The position numbers and the translations under genes are program-made. A stretch of 64,000 nt of DNA, taken from sequence record NZ_CP049149.1; one strand, 5' to 3'. Below the pieces are notes generated by a model, which made no database searches, was not told where the DNA came from, and saw only the letters and a list, made by a program, of their open reading frames with translations. Source of the stretch: a plasmid. Below are positions 29,620 through 40,699 of this stretch, one piece after another; positions within the stretch are counted from its first letter, which is position 1; every line of letters starts with the position of its first letter.

Positions 29620-30225
29620 ATGGAAAGAGCAATGATTGCAGCTGAAAAAATCAAAAAGCGAGAGCGAGATGCCTCTCTTCGAGACCTTTGGCGCACTCCC
29701 AAATGGTTGTTTATCGCCATCCAACGATATATAGGCGCCGAGTTCGATGTGGACGTCGCCTGCAACAAGGATAACGCGTTACTGCCCAACTACATCGGCG
29801 TTGAACGTGATGCCCTGAAAAGCAGCTGGGGTGAGCCTGGCACCGTGGCATTTCTAAACCCGCCCTACTCCCGGATATCTCCTTGGATCGACGCGGCCAT
29901 TCGGGAGCAGGCGCGTGGCGTAACGACAGTCATGCTGATCCCACAGTCCCTCGATACCCAATGGTATGAACGCGCCACTGAGTGCGCCAACGAGACCGTT
30001 ATTCTGTCTGGCGGCCGTGTGGCGTTTGTGGAGCCGGATGTCGAGCTGGGGCTGGTGGAGGTCAACGTGAATCCCGGTGGCAGTATGCTGGTCATCTTCC
30101 GTGGGTTTTGTCAGGAAGCTGGGCATGTCATCAGCAAGATACCGCTGGCGGTGATGAAAAAGCTGGGTGGTTATGATCCTGCCAATGTCATCAGAAAGAA
30201 AAGACCAGTTAAGAAGGCAGCTTGA
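29620..30225 (+). CDS. dam: phage-type DNA N6-adenine methyltransferase (Dam family)
   Basis: FLNPPYS catalytic motif. Architecture of the phage Dam_MT family. Confidence 0.75.
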   Translation: MERAMIAAEKIKKRERDASLRDLWRTPKWLFIAIQRYIGAEFDVDVACNKDNALLPNYIGVERDALKSSWGEPGTVAFLNPPYSRISPWIDAAIREQARGVTTVMLIPQSLDTQWYERATECANETVILSGGRVAFVEPDVELGLVEVNVNPGGSMLVIFRGFCQEAGHVISKIPLAVMKKLGGYDPANVIRKKRPVKKAA

Positions 30226-30249
30226 TACCAGTCTGAGAGTGTTTCAGAA

Positions 30250-30308
30250 CCTGCTTCCGTATATATAAATAACTAAGTACTAATTATTAATATATACAGA
30301 AACAGGCT
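30250..30308. repeat. long inverted-repeat hairpin element, copy 1 (degenerate)
   Basis: cctgcttccgtatatataaataactaagtactaattattaatatatacagaaacagg. Homologous to 58318-58372, with similar flanks extending to about 130 bp. Confidence 0.7.
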
Positions 30309-30424
30309 TTTAAAGTCTGTGTTTCTGAACCCACTCCCAGACCGATTTACACCTCCAGAACTCTCTGGAACCCCTCTCCAGACGCTCTAGAATCGTTTTT
30401 AAAGACACAGTAAGGAAAACTATC

Positions 30425-30655
30425 ATGGCATACCCGACGAACGTCGTAGCGCTCGTTGAGAGCGATTTTCTGGCCAAAGCCCGTGACATGATGAAAGATC
30501 GCGAAAAGGCTTTCAGTCTGTACGAATGGTCACTCAAATGCCTGCACGCAGGCGAGCATCGCGAGTTGCTGGAGCAGCTCTTAGGCGAACTTATCAATGA
30601 GGTGTTTGCACTCAATGTCCAGCTTCATGGGCGAGATAATAACCAAACAGTTTAA
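30425..30655 (+). CDS. hypothetical protein (76 aa)
   Basis: ORF. Confidence 0.3.
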   Translation: MAYPTNVVALVESDFLAKARDMMKDREKAFSLYEWSLKCLHAGEHRELLEQLLGELINEVFALNVQLHGRDNNQTV

Positions 30656-31240
30656 TAGGTAAGTACAAACTATTTTAAGCCGTGATCGCCAGTGATAAAA
30701 TCTCCGCGCTGGCAGATGTATCTGCCAGCTCGACCTGATGGGTGGGGGATAGCGTCACTGGCGTCAGGTTTAAAAAAGCCCACTACCAGCGTAGAACCGG
30801 CACCGTTTAGGGGTTGGGGAAGGGGGAACCAAAGTGGGCAGAGACAAGGGTCACTTTATGATTGTCGAGTCTGGGATGTTTCGAGAGGTTGAATCCAGTA
30901 CTCCCCTTCATAGAGTGTGGGAAGATCTCGGTTCTGGGGTGCTGTCATCCATAACTTCCCAAGCCTAAGCTGGCAGTAGACTTAGGTCATAACTTTTCAG
31001 GTTATGTAACGACCAGGTTGGTGAGGAATTTTTGTACTCACCTCCCTGGGAGAGTATTACCTGAAAAGACAACCTCTCACTTCGTTCGAGGTGAACTTCA
31101 CTCACTTCGTTCGTTCAGTTCAGGGGATTTAACCCCTGTTCTGGGAAGTAAGTTTTTTTATTAATTTAAATACTTTACACGCACGCGTGCGCACACGCGC
31201 GAGGAAAAAAATCGTCGCGGCGCGCGTTTCTGGAGCCACC

Positions 31241-31834
31241 ATGACGACGAAGACACCAGCCCGACAAAAAACTGGCTGCCGGCCAAAGTCCAAACGAAAC
31301 CATCCCCAGACCCGATTCAAAACTCCCGCAGTCGACTTCAATCCCCAGCTTAAAACCGTAAAAGTGTTCAGTGACGGCTCCTGCCTCAAAAATCCGGGCG
31401 GGCCTGGTGGCTACGGCATTGTTCTCCAGTATCGCGATGAAGAGCGCGAGCTTTCTGATGGCTTCCACAGCACCACCAACAACCGCATGGAAATGATGGG
31501 CGCGCTGATGGCTCTGGAGCGGCTCAAGTACCCCTGTAACGTCATTCTGTATTCGGACAGCCAGTATCTCAAAAACGGCATGACGCTCTGGATGAAAGGC
31601 TGGAAGCGCAACGGCTGGGTGACGTCAGAGAAGAAGCCAGTGAAGAATGTTGATTTGTGGAAACGACTCGATGCAGCGGCCAGTCGACATAACGTTCGCT
31701 GGCAATGGGTCAAAGGCCATGCCGGACATCGCGAGAATGAGATCTGCGACCGGCTGGCAAAGATAGCTGCTTTCGCCGCAGCGGATACCCCACACAAACG
31801 AGATATCGGTTTTTTGGCTCAAAATGATAAGTAG
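31241..31834 (+). CDS. rnhA: ribonuclease HI
   Basis: [21 protein letters not shown] ... SDSQYL ... [12 protein letters not shown] match RNase HI catalytic motifs. Confidence 0.8.
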   Translation: MTTKTPARQKTGCRPKSKRNHPQTRFKTPAVDFNPQLKTVKVFSDGSCLKNPGGPGGYGIVLQYRDEERELSDGFHSTTNNRMEMMGALMALERLKYPCNVILYSDSQYLKNGMTLWMKGWKRNGWVTSEKKPVKNVDLWKRLDAAASRHNVRWQWVKGHAGHRENEICDRLAKIAAFAAADTPHKRDIGFLAQNDK

Positions 31835-31977
31835 GTATTTACCTATCATATTAAATCAGGTATCTTATCCATCGTCAGGATGACGAAGCGTCGGTAAGGC
31901 GCTGTTCCACGGATGGAACGCCCAAAGGCGGCTGGCAATGCCAGCCGCAACTCTTTCTGACATTGAATGGATTTCAC

Positions 31978-32454
31978 ATGGCACACCAAACGCCTCTCAC
32001 TTCTTTCAAAAAGCGCCCCCGTTCAATACGCCTTGCTTTGGCTGAGTTGTTTAGCGGCCGTGTTTCCGCACGTCTTGCGCAGCTTGAAGAGCGGGTGTTT
32101 GACCTGGAGGTGCGGGCTAATGCCCAGGCCACCACGATTGCCAATCTGGGGACGATTATCGCCGTCGATAAGGCAGGCGATTCCGCCAAATCCCGGAAGC
32201 ACACAGGGAAAAGCAATGGAAAATTTTCAAAGAAAGCGTCTGATGCCAATGGCCTACGCGCTAATTTTGGTTTCTCTGGCCGCGGCAGCAGTTCCAGCCG
32301 GTCAGAGCCTGTTGATACCGGATTCAACCACTACCACCACACCATCGTCGACGACACGCCTTCCAGAGAAAGCGTCTGCCACTCTGGATGGGATGTCTCT
32401 GGACACGATTCCGGGTCGTCCTGCGATTTCGGATCTTCCTCCTGCTGCGACTGA
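31978..32454 (+). CDS. hypothetical coiled-coil protein. An alternative-frame ORF (31967..32467) encoding a signal peptide plus Thr-rich segment overlaps it.
   Basis: Two almost coextensive ORFs in frames 1 and 2. Which one is real is unresolved. Confidence 0.3.
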   Translation: MAHQTPLTSFKKRPRSIRLALAELFSGRVSARLAQLEERVFDLEVRANAQATTIANLGTIIAVDKAGDSAKSRKHTGKSNGKFSKKASDANGLRANFGFSGRGSSSSRSEPVDTGFNHYHHTIVDDTPSRESVCHSGWDVSGHDSGSSCDFGSSSCCD

Positions 32455-32463
32455 GATGACGGC

Positions 32464-32661
32464 ATGAGATTTAGTTTTCAGAAGACTTTCACGCTGATGG
32501 TTGGACTTTGTGTCCTTCTGCTCGGCGGTTGGGTCATGAATCTGTTGAAGCTGATCGCCAGCGGAGATCTGCATTCTCACGCCGGGATAACACTGGCCCG
32601 CGTCGTGGGGGTCTTTCTGGTGCCGGTTGGCGGCATCCTCGGCTTTTTTAACGCTGAATGA
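32464..32661 (+). CDS. small membrane protein (65 aa, two TM helices)
   Basis: LMVGLCVLLLGGWVM and VVGVFLVPVGGILGFF. Confidence 0.35.
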   Translation: MRFSFQKTFTLMVGLCVLLLGGWVMNLLKLIASGDLHSHAGITLARVVGVFLVPVGGILGFFNAE

Positions 32662-32715
32662 TTTTCAGGGTTGCTTAAACAATTTGTTAAATCACTTAAC
32701 TAATAGGGAAAACAC

Positions 32716-33141
32716 ATGTTAGGTTTTTTAAAAAAGAAAACGCGTAAAGCGGTTGTTGAAGTGAAAAAGATGGAGAACCGCGACGCTGTAGAGGCGACCG
32801 TCTGGGGTGCCTACATGATCGCATACGCTGACGGCAACTGTGATGCCAAAGAGATCGCCATTCTTGAAAAAACCATCGCGGCGCTGCCAGCATTCTCTCC
32901 GTTCGCAGGCGAAATCGCGCAGATGAGCAGCAACATTCGCGCGCGTTATGAGGCATCTCCGCGCTCTGCCAATGCCCAGGCTCTGCGTGAGCTGGGTGAC
33001 GTAGCCGGTACGCCGGAAGCTGTAGATGTGCTGTGCCTGTGCATCGACATTGCAGATCAGGATGGCATCGGCGAAGAAGAAGAGATTGTGCTTAAGAAAA
33101 TCGCACAGGCGCTCCAGCTCTCTCTGGATGCGTACATCTAA
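32716..33141 (+). CDS. TerB-like domain protein (tellurite-resistance TerB fold), putative
   Basis: Helical pattern YMIAYADGNCDAKEIAILEK...LCLCIDIADQDGIGEEEEIVLKKIA resembles the TerB DG..E motif pair. Confidence 0.35.
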   Translation: MLGFLKKKTRKAVVEVKKMENRDAVEATVWGAYMIAYADGNCDAKEIAILEKTIAALPAFSPFAGEIAQMSSNIRARYEASPRSANAQALRELGDVAGTPEAVDVLCLCIDIADQDGIGEEEEIVLKKIAQALQLSLDAYI

Positions 33142-33423
33142 TGGCAGAGAAATTAAGGCTGGCCGTCGTCGCCATTCTTCTCGTGCTGGTCGTGCTGGTG
33201 GACTTCACTGGCAAACTGATGTCTATCGCGGCAGATGGCGTGTTGGTTGGATTGGCTATCTACTTTGCCCAACCTCTACTTAAAAAATCGAAGTGATCGC
33301 CGAGGGCCACCTGGCCCTCGATTCTTCTGGTTTAACCGTTATGACGCGTTTGCCCCCCTCTTCTGAATTGTCAGAATAAAGCCACCAAGAAAACAAATTA
33401 TTTTAACAATTAAGGAAAAACAC

Positions 33424-34002
33424 ATGTGTGATAAATGCACCGCCGCTAACGCTGAAGTAAAGAAGATCATTAATGAAGTCGGGGCTAAAAAACTCGTAGG
33501 GATGCTTGATTCTATAACTGGTCATGGTGACGCTCATCCGCTGGAACGCATCATGGCCATCGTCCAGGTCATGGACTTATTTGATGAACCAATGAAAATC
33601 CTGATGCTTGCTCGTCACTTTGGCGGGGCGTATGTGGAAGAGCATGAACGTGCCAATAAACTGCAGGCAACTCTGGACATGATGAGCGAACCAAAATGCG
33701 CGCCGGCGCCAGAGCTCTCCGGAGACAATATGGGCATTGAAAGCAAAGAGCGGGAGATCGCCAGCCTTAAGTCTTCTTTAGGCATGTTAATTACCGCCTT
33801 TAAACTAATGGCAACCCATAACGGTTTCAAAATGCCAGAGCTAACCGGCGATGAACATCCCGCTGCTATTCGCCAGCTACTTGGTGCCATGACGGATAAT
33901 ATGGATGAAGCGAAGAGCCCTATCGAAGATATGATGCGAGAACTTGCCCACCGCCACGATCTAAATGACCAGCCGCACAAGATGCAGCAAGTCAGCCACT
34001 GA
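33424..34002 (+). CDS. hypothetical protein, paralog A1 of 42062..42631
   Basis: About 45% identical along its length to the ORF at 42062 (MC..C start, KCAP, REIA.LKSS, FKMPE, DMMREL.HRHDL..QPHK). Confidence 0.55.
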   Translation: MCDKCTAANAEVKKIINEVGAKKLVGMLDSITGHGDAHPLERIMAIVQVMDLFDEPMKILMLARHFGGAYVEEHERANKLQATLDMMSEPKCAPAPELSGDNMGIESKEREIASLKSSLGMLITAFKLMATHNGFKMPELTGDEHPAAIRQLLGAMTDNMDEAKSPIEDMMRELAHRHDLNDQPHKMQQVSH

Positions 34003-34130
34003 ACCTGAAATAGCAAGGGGGCGAGAGCCCCCTTCCCCTCCTCCGTAGCCCTCTGTATAGATCTTTTACGCCTTTTCTTATCTGAGATAATAAAACCAAT
34101 AGGAAAACAAATTGTTTATATGGTGGGATT

Positions 34131-34346
34131 ATGAGTGCTGCGCTTTCTGTCCTTGAGTCTTTTGCTTCGAACACCGGTATCGACCACAGCAAAGAGATGA
34201 ACGTCATCCATGCAATCGTGGCCGAGTGCGAGAAAGGGATCGCGTTCATGCACCAGGTTCACGACTTCACTTATGGCGACGAACGTCACTGGAATAAGTG
34301 TTTAAGATTTGTACTACGTACATTGGAAGTGGAAATTATTTGGTAG
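34131..34346 (+). CDS. small hypothetical protein, paralog B1 (71 aa)
   Basis: The N-terminus MSAALSVLESFASNTGIDHSKEM matches the truncated ORF at 42751. Confidence 0.4.
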   Translation: MSAALSVLESFASNTGIDHSKEMNVIHAIVAECEKGIAFMHQVHDFTYGDERHWNKCLRFVLRTLEVEIIW

Positions 34347-34407
34347 GGATATAAGATCATATCCCTAAGCTCTTTTAAGAAAAAATTTCTTAATAACCTA
34401 ATGTAAT

Positions 34408-37400
34408 TTAAATCCTTCCTCCAACCCCTTTAAATTTTTCGATAAACGCCCCAATTTTTTGGAATACGGTCTGCTTTTTCGTTTTGTACTGAGGATTCAG
34501 TGGACTGAGTTTTGGTAGCGTCTCATTTAACTCCGTCCCATTTTCGGTAGCATATTCCCGTTTGAGTGATGTACGGATATAGCGCCTTGCCGCCTCTTCA
34601 TTGAGGTTTTCTTCCTTAATCAACGCTTCCGCTTCCTGTTGCTGTTCACGCTGAGCATAGGTAAAGAATGCATCAATGATACTGGCCTTATCCGGCATGT
34701 CATCAAGGTTAGTTTGCTGAATAAAGTCAACAATCAGACCTTCTTTGGCACGGTTGCCCAGACTTGACCGGATTAAGCGTCGGACCTCTTCAGTCAGGGC
34801 TTCTTTACCCTTTTTCTGACGGTTGTGGTCAAAAATCAGGCCCAGAATGTAGTCCAGGTTAATCTCTTGCGACTTGAGCAGGTCAATTTCAAACACCACG
34901 TCATCCCAGTCCGTGGTTGATGTATCCCTGTCGTTTGCTGCTTTTTCACGTCGCTGCCAGTCCCGGATATCATTGTAAGCTGAGCGGTAGTCCTGAACTT
35001 TACGTTCGGCAGGGAGGCGAATGGTTTGTAATTCAGCAAATTTTTCATCATCCACGTAGTGCTCTGCTTTAAAGGTTTCTACCGCTTCCGGGTCACTAAT
35101 ATCAACCTTCTGCAGGGCTTTCAGCGTGGCAAATTCATCGTAGTTTTGCAGGATGTTTTCTGCCCGCAGATATTCACCAAACAGTTTGACGAAGGCTTTT
35201 TTCTCTTTTTCACTGTCGATACTGGCAGGGTCAGGGAAGCGCTGCTCCAGCTCCGAAACAATAGACATAAAACCTCGTTTAGCTTCGCCGGTTGCCGCAT
35301 CGCTAAAGCCCTGCATGTACTCTTCGTAGCTTTTTTCCAGTACCACATTCTTGGTGTTTTTGTCGCCAAAAAGTGTAATGGCATCAATGGTGGGACGCTC
35401 CAGGTCCCTGAAAGTCACGATATTGCCGAAGGTTTTGGTTGCATCATAGATACGGTTGGTGCGTGAGAATGCCTGCATCAGACCGTGATAACGCAGGTTT
35501 TTGTCAACGAACAGAGTATTGAGAGTCGGAGCATCAAAGCCAGTCAAGAACATTCCCACCACGATGAGAAGGTCAATATCCTGATTTTTCACTCGTTGAG
35601 CTAAATCGCGGTAGTAGTTCTGGAAACCGTTACTGTCGGTGCTGAAATTGGTTTTAAAGTGATTGTTATAGTCATCAATGGCTGAATCCAGGAATTCCTT
35701 TGCGCTGCTGTTCATTGCACTGGTATCAAAACTTTCGTCGGTAATATCACCAATGGCGCTTTGCTCTTCATTAGCAGCAAAAGAGAAGATAGTTGCAACC
35801 CGAAGGCGTTTATAGCTGCCTGATTTTTTTGCTGCTTCTTCCTGTAGTACTTTAAACGTCGAGTAATAAGCTTTTGCCGCTTCCACACTGCTAACTGCTA
35901 ACATGGCGTTAAAGCCCTTAGCTCCCGGGAAGGTTCGGTGCGTTTTCTGACGGAAGTTATTGAGAATGTATTGCGTTATTTCCTGGATACGCAGTGGGTG
36001 TAAAAATGCCTGTTGGTTTTCAGCCGCGCTGAGTTTTTTCTCATCAGTTTCCGTTTCAAGAGACTTAAACTGTGGGCGGACATCGTTATAGTCCACCTTA
36101 AACTTCAGCACTTTTTCATCACGAATCGCATCAGTAATGACGTAAGAATGTAATTCACGCCCGAAGACGCTGGCGGTGGTTTCTGCCCCCAGTGCATTTT
36201 CCGGGAAAATAGGCGTACCAGTAAAACCAAACTGATAAAAGCGTCTGAATTTCTTTTTGAGGTTTTTCTGGGCCTCACCAAACTGGCTGCGGTGACACTC
36301 ATCAAAGATAAACACCACCTGCTGCTGATAGACGGGCAGGTCAGCTTCGGCTTTCATCAGATTATTGAGTTTCTGAATGGTTGTGACGATAATTTTGTTA
36401 TCGTCCTTATCCAGGTTTCTTCTGAGGCCTGCTGTATTATCCGAACCATTGACACTGTCCGGAGAGAAGCGCTGATACTCCTTCATGGTCTGGTAATCGA
36501 GGTCTTTCCTGTCGACCACGAAGAAGACTTTATCGATAAAGTCCAGCTCAGTAGCCAGACGTGCGGCCTTAAAGCTGGTCAGGGTTTTTCCTGACCCTGT
36601 GGTATGCCAGATAAATCCACCGCTTTCGGGTTTTGACCAGTTCTTCGCTTTAAAAGAGCTGTTGATTTTCCAGAGAATGCGCTCGGTGGCGGCAATCTGA
36701 TAGGGGCGCATGACGAGCAGCGTCTGGCTGCTGTCAAACACGCTGTAATTAAACAGAACATTCAGCAGAGTATGCTTCTGGAAGAAAGTGGCGGTAAAGT
36801 CCTTCAGGTCCTTAATCAGAGTGTTATCCGACTTCGCCCAGTTCATGGTGAAATCAAAGCTGTTTTTATCCCGCTTAGTGGTACTGGCAAAGTACCGGGT
36901 ATCGGTTCCGTTAGATATCACAAACAGTTGCAGGTATTTAAACAGAGAGTTGTCGCTGTTAAAGCTTTCCTTACTGTAACGGTGTATCTGGTTAAAGGCT
37001 TCACGAATCGCCACGCCGCGCTTTTTGAGTTCGATTTGCACCAGCGGCAGGCCGTTGACCAGAATCGTAACATCATAACGGTTAGCGTGTGAGCCGGTCT
37101 GTTCAAACTGCTGAATGACCTGCACCTTATTGCGCAGCAGGTTCTTTTTATCTATCAAATAGATGTTTTCCAGACGACCATCATCAAACGTAAAATCACA
37201 GATATAGTCGATATGGATTTTACGGGTTTTGTCCAGGCTGCTGTCACTGGGGCTGTCCAGATATTGCTCTGCGAAGCGCCGCCATTCACTTTCGTTAAAC
37301 ACCACACCATTAAGACGCTGAAGCTGGTCCCGCACATTCGCCAGCATCGCAGTCGGTGACTTAACGGAGATAAACTCATAACCCTGATTAAGAAGATCCT

Positions 37401-37524
37401 GAATCAGCGCCCGCTCAAGGTCCGATTCGCTCTGGTAGCTGTCACCGGTATCCATAACTTTTGTGTATTTATCAAGGACGATAAAGTTATTGGATTCAGC
37501 AATAGTGTGTGTTTGATGAGTCAT
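34408..37524 (-). CDS. hsdR: Type I restriction enzyme R subunit (Type IC, EcoR124-like; 1038 aa)
   Basis: SF2 motifs TGSGKTLTS and [10 protein letters not shown]. The ~1038-aa length is what I recall for EcoR124 HsdR (from memory). Downstream of hsdM-hsdS on the same strand. Confidence 0.85.
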   Translation of the reverse strand: MTHQTHTIAESNNFIVLDKYTKVMDTGDSYQSESDLERALIQDLLNQGYEFISVKSPTAMLANVRDQLQRLNGVVFNESEWRRFAEQYLDSPSDSSLDKTRKIHIDYICDFTFDDGRLENIYLIDKKNLLRNKVQVIQQFEQTGSHANRYDVTILVNGLPLVQIELKKRGVAIREAFNQIHRYSKESFNSDNSLFKYLQLFVISNGTDTRYFASTTKRDKNSFDFTMNWAKSDNTLIKDLKDFTATFFQKHTLLNVLFNYSVFDSSQTLLVMRPYQIAATERILWKINSSFKAKNWSKPESGGFIWHTTGSGKTLTSFKAARLATELDFIDKVFFVVDRKDLDYQTMKEYQRFSPDSVNGSDNTAGLRRNLDKDDNKIIVTTIQKLNNLMKAEADLPVYQQQVVFIFDECHRSQFGEAQKNLKKKFRRFYQFGFTGTPIFPENALGAETTASVFGRELHSYVITDAIRDEKVLKFKVDYNDVRPQFKSLETETDEKKLSAAENQQAFLHPLRIQEITQYILNNFRQKTHRTFPGAKGFNAMLAVSSVEAAKAYYSTFKVLQEEAAKKSGSYKRLRVATIFSFAANEEQSAIGDITDESFDTSAMNSSAKEFLDSAIDDYNNHFKTNFSTDSNGFQNYYRDLAQRVKNQDIDLLIVVGMFLTGFDAPTLNTLFVDKNLRYHGLMQAFSRTNRIYDATKTFGNIVTFRDLERPTIDAITLFGDKNTKNVVLEKSYEEYMQGFSDAATGEAKRGFMSIVSELEQRFPDPASIDSEKEKKAFVKLFGEYLRAENILQNYDEFATLKALQKVDISDPEAVETFKAEHYVDDEKFAELQTIRLPAERKVQDYRSAYNDIRDWQRREKAANDRDTSTTDWDDVVFEIDLLKSQEINLDYILGLIFDHNRQKKGKEALTEEVRRLIRSSLGNRAKEGLIVDFIQQTNLDDMPDKASIIDAFFTYAQREQQQEAEALIKEENLNEEAARRYIRTSLKREYATENGTELNETLPKLSPLNPQYKTKKQTVFQKIGAFIEKFKGVGGRI

Positions 37525-37645
37525 AGCGCATCCTTTGTGCCGCCTGGCAAGGGCCGGAAGGGAGTTAAGAGTGACTTCCGGCGTGTAAAAAATAGTCTAT
37601 ATACTGACCGGGTGTTAAGGTGGCCCGATCGGTAGCAATGGTCAA

Positions 37646-38914
37646 TTAATTACTGACAGTTTCAGGTTTCGGGAAACTGAAAAGTAAATCACGGTAGTAT
37701 TCGTATTGTTTCTGGCGCAACTCGATTTCACGCGGGAGACCTTCAGTGATGGAGTTGGTCAGTGTGTCGAATTTATCCAGAATCCGAACGATTTCAGACT
37801 GGATGGCAAGGGATTTTTCCGGATTGTCCGGGCAGGGGATTGGGATTTTCAGTTTGTTTAAAACGGATTGTGTTTGGCTTGGTACTCCTCCTGCTTGGTT
37901 CATTTCGCCAAGGCCAACCGTCGTTAAGAAGTAGTAAAGATACTTTGGCCTAATTTGTGCTTCATCAATTTCCGTATAAAAAATGGTGTCAACGGTCCAG
38001 AATGGAACATCGATGAAAAATAAATTACCAAGCGAGCCTTTTCTCGGAATTAAGACTGAAGGCTTATTATAGGCATAGGTATCTACATATCGCATGATTC
38101 CACCTGAACCGTAAACAGGGAACTCGCCTTCGCTGAGAGATTTATGATCCTTGCCATTTCTGATGCGAGCCAAATCACTCAATGGCAACCACTCAACCTC
38201 AACCCCATCCAGCAATTTTTCCAGATAAATAGGTTTTTCCTGCTCCTCATCAAAACTCAGCAACTGGTCGCGATAGTAGTTGTACTGCTTTTTGCGCATG
38301 GTAAGTTCAGCTGTAAGTTCAGCTGTAAGTTCAGCTGTAAGTGCAGTAAACTTATCCAGAATCCGGACGATTTCAGACTGGATAGCAAGGGACTTGTCCG
38401 GTTTATTCGGACAAGGTATAGGGATTTTGAATCCTCCCATTACTGCTGAGTTCAAGTTGTTGATGGTTGAGCTATTCAACATTTCATCGAGATATTTTTG
38501 AAAAATATCACTTGTTAAAACGTGAAATAAATAACGCGGATTTAATTTTTCATCGCATCTGACAACACCCATAAATCCGCCAAAGTAGTAGTCAATATCT
38601 GATTCAATGTAAGCAACTTTTCCAACATGTTCACGGCTACCACTTGCTGCGCTTATCAGTATGTCGTCCTTATATAGTTTTTGCGAATCCTTTACTTTGG
38701 TGTCAAACTTCACCAGTTTGACATCATTTAAATTTAAACAATTACTAGACAAAGTGATATTGTTAGCACGAAGGACCCTGTAACCTTGACCATCTGCGCT
38801 TTCATTCGATTTGCTGTAAGTTAAACCACGTATATATTTCGCGACTTCTCCCAGAGTCTTCCACTCAACAACAACTCCATCTAGCAATTTGTCTAGATAA
38901 CTCAGCTTGCTCAT
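37646..38914 (-). CDS. hsdS: Type I restriction specificity subunit with central TAEL x3 repeat
   Basis: Duplicated conserved regions ([14 protein letters not shown] twice). Two TRDs. Central [13 protein letters not shown] encoded by 12-bp tandem repeats at about 38290-38340. Confidence 0.85.
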   Translation of the reverse strand: MSKLSYLDKLLDGVVVEWKTLGEVAKYIRGLTYSKSNESADGQGYRVLRANNITLSSNCLNLNDVKLVKFDTKVKDSQKLYKDDILISAASGSREHVGKVAYIESDIDYYFGGFMGVVRCDEKLNPRYLFHVLTSDIFQKYLDEMLNSSTINNLNSAVMGGFKIPIPCPNKPDKSLAIQSEIVRILDKFTALTAELTAELTAELTMRKKQYNYYRDQLLSFDEEQEKPIYLEKLLDGVEVEWLPLSDLARIRNGKDHKSLSEGEFPVYGSGGIMRYVDTYAYNKPSVLIPRKGSLGNLFFIDVPFWTVDTIFYTEIDEAQIRPKYLYYFLTTVGLGEMNQAGGVPSQTQSVLNKLKIPIPCPDNPEKSLAIQSEIVRILDKFDTLTNSITEGLPREIELRQKQYEYYRDLLFSFPKPETVSN

Positions 38915-40467
38915 GACTGCACCTCACGGCCTTCAATTTCAGCCACAATTACATCGATATCCTTACGTAACTGATCGATTTTGCCGACGGTGATTTTCAG
39001 TTCAGTATTCAGTTCGGAGATATCAATTATTTCTCGGGTATTCATGGCTTCGACGTAGCTGCTGACTGACAGGTTATAGTTATTGGCGGCAACTGTTTCA
39101 TGAGGGATAGTTTTAGCGAGGTGGTCAATATCCGCTTTGCTGGCAAAGGCCTGCATAATCTGTTCGATATGACCATCAGTCAGGATATTGTTATTGGTTT
39201 CTTTCTTGAACAAACCGCTGGCATCAATAAACTGAACACTGGTGTCAGTTTTATGTTTAGACAGCACCAGAATGTTAACGGCAATGGTGGTGCCGAAGAA
39301 CAGGTTTGGCGCGAGTGAAATCACCGTTTCAACATAGTTGTTGTCGACCAGGTACTGGCGGATTTTCTGCTCTGCACCGCCACGGTAGAAAATACCGGGG
39401 AAGCAGACTATTGCTGCACGTCCTTTAGCAGACAGGTAGTTCAGCGCATGTAGTACAAACGCAAAGTCAGCTTTTGATTTCGGGGCCAGTACGCCAGCTG
39501 GAGCAAAGCGCTCATCGTTAATCAGGGTCGGGTCGTCACTGCCAATCCACTTAACCGAGTACGGAGGGTTAGAGACAATCGCATCGAACGGTTTTTCATC
39601 GCCAAAGTGAGGCTCAGTCAGGGTATTCCCCAGTCTGATATCAAATTTGTCGTAGTTGATGTTATGTAGGAACATGTTCATACGCGCCAGGTTAAAGGTT
39701 GTATGATTTATCTCCTGACCATAAAAACCTTCTTCAATGATATGGTTATCAAAGTGTTTTTTCGCCTGAAGCAGCAGTGAACCGGAGCCAGCTGCAGGGT
39801 CATAGATTTTGTTGACGTGAGTCTGACCGTGCATCGCAAGCTGAGCAATCAGCTTAGAGACGTGCTGAGGTGTGAAGAACTCCCCGCCAGACTTACCGGC
39901 ATTTGCCGCATAGTTAGAAATCAGGAACTCGTAGGCATCACCAAACAGGTCAATCTGGTGCTCGTTAAAATTCCCCAGTTTTAGCCCCTCAACGCCTTTG
40001 AGAACGGCGGCAAGACGGGTGTTTTTGTCTTTGACTGTGTTACCCAGTCGATTGCTGGTCGTATCGAAATCGGCGAACAGGCCTTTGATGTCGGCCTCCG
40101 ACGGGTAGCCGTAGGCAGAGCTTTCTATAGCGACGAAGATACTGTTTAAATCAGCATTTAGCCTGTCGTTGGTGTTCGCTTTAGCGGCAACGTTGCAGAA
40201 CAGCTGGCTCGGGTAGATGAAATAGCCTTTAGTCCTGATGGCATCGTCTTTGATGTCATCGGTAATGATGCTGTCATCAAGTGCTGCATAATGTATGCTC
40301 TCATCCCCTGCTTCCATGTAGCTGGAAAAATTCTCACTGATGAAGCGGTAGAAAAGGGCACCGAGTACATACTGTTTAAAATCCCATCCATCTACGGAGC
40401 CTCTGACATCATTGGCAATGGCCCAGATTTGGCGGTGTAGCTCTGCACGCTGCTGAAGGCTTGTCAT
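38911..40467 (-). CDS. hsdM: Type I restriction-modification N6-adenine methyltransferase subunit
   Basis: [11 protein letters not shown] motif IV and an AdoMet motif ([10 protein letters not shown]). Stop overlaps the hsdS start. Confidence 0.85.
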   Translation of the reverse strand: MTSLQQRAELHRQIWAIANDVRGSVDGWDFKQYVLGALFYRFISENFSSYMEAGDESIHYAALDDSIITDDIKDDAIRTKGYFIYPSQLFCNVAAKANTNDRLNADLNSIFVAIESSAYGYPSEADIKGLFADFDTTSNRLGNTVKDKNTRLAAVLKGVEGLKLGNFNEHQIDLFGDAYEFLISNYAANAGKSGGEFFTPQHVSKLIAQLAMHGQTHVNKIYDPAAGSGSLLLQAKKHFDNHIIEEGFYGQEINHTTFNLARMNMFLHNINYDKFDIRLGNTLTEPHFGDEKPFDAIVSNPPYSVKWIGSDDPTLINDERFAPAGVLAPKSKADFAFVLHALNYLSAKGRAAIVCFPGIFYRGGAEQKIRQYLVDNNYVETVISLAPNLFFGTTIAVNILVLSKHKTDTSVQFIDASGLFKKETNNNILTDGHIEQIMQAFASKADIDHLAKTIPHETVAANNYNLSVSSYVEAMNTREIIDISELNTELKITVGKIDQLRKDIDVIVAEIEGREVQS

Positions 40468-40699
40468 TTTGTATCCTGTTGTATGATTCTTAAGTACTGT
40501 TATTGGCCCGATTTTATCGCAATTTCATATTGATGACAGGCTTTGTATGTCATACGTTGCACTGAGAGTTCGTTTGCCCGGTTGTGTAGCCAACACTCTT
40601 TCAGTCAGGCCAGTAGAAACGTTGTGCTGACGATAAATACTGAAGCCCCAATACTATCGGGGCTGAACGTTCAGTCGGTGAGAATTTCTTCATCCGTAT

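Noticed and set aside
30690-31180. Possible tRNA genes in the ORF-free region
   Set aside because: No cloverleaf with a GTTCGAATC-type T-loop and 7-bp acceptor stem could be built by eye. ggttgaatcc at about 30885 lacks complementary T-stem arms.
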